From positions 192,001 to 256,000 of the forward strand of contig CAVXTM010000010.1 of assembly GCA_963764725.1 (NCBI GenBank): 64,000 nucleotides of DNA, given 5' to 3'. Each line of letters starts with the position of its first letter. Within the stretch, counting starts at the first letter, position 1. The notes beneath the pieces were generated by a model that saw only the letters and a list, made by a program, of their open reading frames with translations, was not told where the DNA came from and searched no databases. Shown piece after piece: positions 59,681 to 64,000 of this stretch. The stretch comes from an uncultured Gammaproteobacteria bacterium. Its GTDB lineage: Bacteria > Pseudomonadota > Gammaproteobacteria > JACCXJ01. A program made the position numbers and the translations under genes.

Positions 59681-60120
59681 AGTGGCTAGTGAAGAGTGGT
59701 TAGTGGATAGTGACGAGAAGAGAATCGCGCCTTATGAAATCTTTAAGCTCGTTTCGGGAGTTGATAGTCTGGCGGAAGTCAATCGACTTGGCCGTGAGGA
59801 TTTACGCGACTACTCGCAGCTTTCCCACCGAGGAGAGATTTGGGATTACATCGCAAATGCGGCGGGCGGCGACCTCCATTCCGGCAAACATCGCCGAGGG
59901 ACAGGCGCGAAAAACGACGGGGGAGTTTCTGCAGTCGCTTGGCGTTGCGCGAGGATCTCTGGCGGAGCTGGAAACCTTTCTGACATTGTCCGAAAGATTG
60001 GAGTTTCTCACCAAACCGGACTCCGAGAGCTTACTCAACGCCTGCGCCGAGATCAACAAAATGCTCCACGCGCTCATGAAATCCTTATCGACTCTCCACT
60101 AGCCACTAACCACTATTCAC
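59681..60120. repeat. Inverted heptamer tandem repeats enclosing the four-helix-bundle gene
   Basis: AGTGGCT-AGTGAAG-AGTGGTT-AGTGGAT-AGTGACG on the left and CCACTAG-CCACTAA-CCACTAT-TCAC on the right. 59689-59712 pairs with 60097-60120 at 22/24. Confidence 0.85.
59734..60102 (+). CDS. Four-helix-bundle protein (23S rRNA IVS protein / TIGR02436-like), nested in +1 frame inside mod
   Basis: SFRELIVWRKS, FPTEERFGITSQMRRAATSIPANIAEG and ARGSLAELET. Confidence 0.92.
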   Translation: MKSLSSFRELIVWRKSIDLAVRIYATTRSFPTEERFGITSQMRRAATSIPANIAEGQARKTTGEFLQSLGVARGSLAELETFLTLSERLEFLTKPDSESLLNACAEINKMLHALMKSLSTLH

Positions 60121-60541
60121 AAGTCACTGTCCACGGCGTCGATATCTTCCACCCGCAGACCGGCGAAGTCCGCAGCGACGGCCCCGAAGGCATCGCCTGC
60201 TGGTTCATCGACACCGACTACAACGAAGAGAGCTTCTTCGTCCGCCACGCCTACTTCCTCGGTGCCAACGATCCCTACAGCGCCCTGAAAACGACCCTCA
60301 AAGCCGAGATCAACGACGAGGCCTGGGCCACCCTCAACAGCGACACCTCCCGCGCCTTCGACAAACCGAAGTCCGGGCGGATCGCCGTAAAAGTCATCAA
60401 CCACCTTGGGGATGAGGTGATGAAGGTGTTCCGTGTTTGACAAAGTCCATATTGCATTGTTCTTGCGTAAAATGGATCGGCTATTGGCGATATATTGCCC
60501 AAATAATTTTAAAGACCCTTACCACATTTCACTCGACAACT

Positions 60542-61291
60542 ATGGCTAGGCAGCGGCATCTAACTCACGCACCGATTACCGAGGCACTGATCAACCTTCA
60601 CGTAGAACATCGAGGTGGCCTTTCGTTTACGGCGCTCCAAGACGCGTTCAGTACTTTGGACTTCGGGTATTACTTAAAGGGGCCAATTTCCCTCGGGACT
60701 TTTGGCTTCAAACTTACAACCGATGGTCAGCAGCCGCAGACGACAGCAGATGCCACACAAATAGGACTGCGATTACATTCGTCGGATGAAAAATACGTCG
60801 CACAATGCCGGCTCGCAGGATTTACGTTGAGCCGTCTGCCGCCGTATGAGGCATGGCCGATGTTGGTTCAGGAAACGAAACGTGTCTGGTCGGTCTACAG
60901 GGACCGATTGGCCCCATTACGCGTGACTCGTGTAGCCACCCGCTTTATTAACAATCTACAACTTCCACTGGAGCACGGGGCGTCATTTCAGACGTATTTA
61001 CAAAAATTTGCGGACCTTCCGGATGAAGCGCCACAGGCGGTTGCTTCGTTTTTTCAGCGCTTTCAATTGGTGGATGTCGCGAGTAATGCCTCTGTAAACT
61101 TGACTCTGGCGCTCGAATCGATGTCACCAGGCAGACCAGCGCCGGTGATTCTAGACGTTGACGCGTTCAGTTTTACGGACTTGGACCCCATGGACGATAA
61201 ACTTTGGGTGATTCTTGAGCACCTGAGGACGCTGAAGAACAACAGTTTTTTTGGTAGCTTAACTGAGCGAGCAGCGGAGTTATACGGATGA
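60542..61291 (+). CDS. TIGR04255-like protein
   Basis: LTHAPITEA, RVATRFIN, VILDVD and LRTLKNNSFFGSLT. Confidence 0.75.
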   Translation: MARQRHLTHAPITEALINLHVEHRGGLSFTALQDAFSTLDFGYYLKGPISLGTFGFKLTTDGQQPQTTADATQIGLRLHSSDEKYVAQCRLAGFTLSRLPPYEAWPMLVQETKRVWSVYRDRLAPLRVTRVATRFINNLQLPLEHGASFQTYLQKFADLPDEAPQAVASFFQRFQLVDVASNASVNLTLALESMSPGRPAPVILDVDAFSFTDLDPMDDKLWVILEHLRTLKNNSFFGSLTERAAELYG

Positions 61292-61836
61292 GTTTAGCCA
61301 TTGCAATTGGTGATTCGCGTCTAGCTTGGGAGTTTGACTATGAACCCATTACAGACAGTAGTCGCGAGATTCAGCGGGCGTGGGCGCAGAAAAGAAATTA
61401 CCTGCAAGGAAGCGCGTCAGATTGGTTTCCGACTACAGAAGCAGCTCTTGGTAACATTAAAAAAGAGTGTGGCAGGACGGACTGGGACGGCAGTGGCGCG
61501 ATTCCAGTGAGTGATCAAGTGATCGATCTTGCGGCGGAAATTGTAGGATCGTTGTTTACGATACTGCCCCGAGGCACACCGGCGCCTGATCTCATACCGG
61601 AAGCTGACGGGGAGATTTGTCTAAGCTGGTCCATTGATGCCAGCCGGTTATTTTCATTGAGCGTGGGCGCGCACGACAAGATCAATTTCGCTGGTCAGTT
61701 CGGCAAGGAGGGCGGTATTCATGCCTGGCAGCCGATTGATGCGACGAGTCGCAGCAGTCTTGAAAAATCTCTTCAAGACGCTGCTCGGTACATTGGGCGT
61801 CTCTACGCGCCGGCTACCATTAACCGTAAGTCCTGA
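61288..61836 (+). CDS. Hypothetical protein, translationally coupled to the TIGR04255-like gene
   Basis: ATGA overlap. Contains DWDGSGAIP and PEADGEICLSW. Confidence 0.7.
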   Translation: MSLAIAIGDSRLAWEFDYEPITDSSREIQRAWAQKRNYLQGSASDWFPTTEAALGNIKKECGRTDWDGSGAIPVSDQVIDLAAEIVGSLFTILPRGTPAPDLIPEADGEICLSWSIDASRLFSLSVGAHDKINFAGQFGKEGGIHAWQPIDATSRSSLEKSLQDAARYIGRLYAPATINRKS

Positions 61837-62249
61837 CGAGAAAATAAGTAGCTTTGTGTTTCGTTCTGATCAAGTGGTCAAGAAAAGCCAGACGATCCAT
61901 TATTCGCGTCTGAATGCCACGGCCCAATCCCGAGACTGGTCGGCGGGAAACGTCAGTATGCCGCTCGCAGCATCTAACAGAGGCCCAGGTCTGGGAGATT
62001 TGCTCGTTGCACTTTGATTCCCACGCGCCAAAGCCTGCTATAGGTCGTGGCGTTGGCCCCGCTGGAGCCGTGTTTCAGGTCGATTTGCATTTTGACGCCG
62101 ACGGTAAACCGTACCGGGAGCACGCTAACATAATTGGATGGCGTGACTCGGCGAATACCCCGTATGACGAACAGAAGCATTTTTGGATGGACTAGGCTCA
62201 ACGAATGGCACCCCACTTATCCTACGTGTCGCGCTTCAGGTCTGATTGA
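61760..62249 (+). pseudogene. Hypothetical toxin-like protein, frameshift near 61912 and TAG at 62193-62195
   Basis: VSPDEKISSFVF joins MPRPNP...ETSVCR...HANIIGW. Start and end are inferred. Confidence 0.5.
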
Positions 62250-62545
62250 TTTCCGCGTCGCCGACAGCTTGACTGAACTCATCGGTGGGGGTCAGAAGGC
62301 GGTCAAGACCTTGCTGTTCGATCTGAAAATGGAACACGCCAATTTAGGCGCGATCCTTACATTTATTCGGACCGTAAGGTTTCATTCGACCGATGGCGCG
62401 ACCATGCGGTCAAGTAAGTGGACCGATTGCTCTGGCATCTGCGGGCAGTCTTCCCCGTTTGTCCAAGAGCTTTTGCACGAGCCTAGACGCTTAAGAAGTG
62501 AACATGCGCCCTGGAAATTCTAGGGATCTAATAGCGGATCACCGA

Positions 62546-62896
62546 TCATTGGGCGGCTTCCCAGGCGGCATAACCGCCCGCCAGCGAAACCACATTGGTG
62601 TAGCCCATGCGCTGCAGGGTGTGAGCTGCCAGGGCCGAGCGCCCGCCGCTTTGGCAATAGACCAGGGTCGCGGTCGCTGGATCTTGTAGTTGCGGCAGCG
62701 AGCCGATCCTGAATTCCAGTATACCCCGAGGAACATTGATCGCGCCCGGAATGGCACCGCGCTGAAACTCCTCCGGTTCGCGTACATCGAGAATTACGGT
62801 ATTCGCGGGTTGCAGTAATTCACCCGCGCTTTCGAGCCCGACCTCGCGGATCTCTTGTTTAGCCGCTTGCACAAGCATCTGAGCGGTGACAGACAT
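62546..62896 (-). CDS. Rhodanese-domain protein
   Basis: LDVREPEE, YCQSGGRS and LAGGYAAW. Confidence 0.92.
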   Translation of the reverse strand: MSVTAQMLVQAAKQEIREVGLESAGELLQPANTVILDVREPEEFQRGAIPGAINVPRGILEFRIGSLPQLQDPATATLVYCQSGGRSALAAHTLQRMGYTNVVSLAGGYAAWEAAQ

Positions 62897-63185
62897 GGCG
62901 TGCCTCCGTAGAAAAAGTTTTAAGCCCTAACCCAACGCTGTCGTATCCCATGGTGCATCGGGCGAACGGACATCATGGTACGCGGACGTTTGGGAAAAGG
63001 ACATCGCGAACGGCGGTTGCCGGGCACTGGCAGCGCTGAGCTATCTAAATTGACTCCTAAGAAAGTGGTTTAAGTACGTATTAATAATTCCTTATATCAA
63101 AGTGATATAGGTCTTATTTAAAGTTACTCACTCCATCGAAAATCGCTGTACCGATCCGCTCATATTTTGTTATCTTTAGGCACCA

Positions 63186-64000
63186 ATGAAGATTAGTCAC
63201 ATCAAGCTCTCCGGATTCAAGTCCTTCGTCGATCCGACCACGCTGCATCTGTCCAACAATCTTACCGGTATCGTCGGTCCCAACGGTTGCGGTAAATCGA
63301 ATATCGTCGATGCGGTGCTTTGGGCGATGGGCGAGATCTCCGCCAAACACTTACGCGGAGACTCGATGGCGGATGTCATCTTCAATGGTTCCAATAGCCG
63401 CAAACCCGTCGGTCAGGCCACGGTCGAACTGGTGTTCGATAACTCCGAGGGCGGCTTTCTCGGCCAATACGCGGGGTACGCGGAAATCGCCATCAAACGG
63501 CAGGTCACCCGCGATGGCGGATCGGATTACTTTCTCAACGGCGTACGTTGTCGGCGGAAAGACATTACGGACCTGTTTCTAGGCACGGGGCTCGGCTCGC
63601 GCAGCTATGCCGTCATCGAGCAGGGGATGATTTCCCGGGTTGCGGAAGCCAAACCAGAGGAGTTGCGGGTGTTCATGGAAGAGGCGGCCGGCATCTCCAG
63701 ATACAAGGAACGCCGGAAAGAGACCGAGGCTCGGATCCGCGACGCTAAGGGCAATATTGGTCGGCTCACCGATATCCGCGACGAGTTGGAAAAGCAGAAT
63801 CTCCAAGCTCCAGCAGCAAGCGCGCGCCGCCGAGAAGTTTCAGCGCTTGAGAGACGAGGAACGGCGGTTGCGGGCGGAATCGATAGCACTTACCTACCGC
63901 CGGCTTGAGCGCGAAGGCGACGAACACCGCTTGGTGACTCAAGCGCGGACGTTGGCCGTGGACGCCGCGATGGCGCAACTTCGTGAGATCGAGCTCGGGA
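63186..64000 (+). CDS. smc: Chromosome segregation protein SMC (N-terminal part, 1-bp frameshift near 63798)
   Basis: [26 protein letters not shown] and [10 protein letters not shown]. It continues as [14 protein letters not shown] in another frame. Confidence 0.93.

Noticed and set aside
59734-60102. Diversity-generating retroelement (Avd-like fold)
   Set aside because: No reverse transcriptase and no template/variable repeat pair with adenine-specific differences was seen in the window.
63073-63102. dif/Xer-like site upstream of smc
   Set aside because: Both arms have several mismatches and the spacer length is atypical. It is more likely AT-rich promoter sequence.

Overview
High-GC gammaproteobacterial chromosome segment. 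A clean housekeeping core (cfa-like, patatin, hemE, gltBD, damX-like, aroBK, pilMNOPQ, mrcA, priA, argS, regBA, pgi) is flanked by two accessory regions. Left (2.8-10.3 kb): an IS110 copy, a FicTA pair, a collapsed type I-G CRISPR-Cas locus (cas3 fused to csb1, csb2, one-spacer array remnant) and TA fragments. Right (49.5-62.3 kb): a type III-like R-M locus with an MNT-HEPN pair between res and mod, then a TIGR04255-like three-gene cassette. The mod gene carries three frame-preserving hairpin insertions: two REP-like palindromes and a four-helix-bundle gene inside inverted heptamer repeats, which makes ~370 nt dual-coding. Each REP was then hit by a different IS110-family element whose bridge/seek RNA guides, core dinucleotide and circle-junction promoter can be read from the sequence. 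One of them carries a nested IS1595. Many single-base frameshifts at 49.5-64 kb (including smc) are probably long-read errors. Family assignments rest on motif recognition, not database searches.
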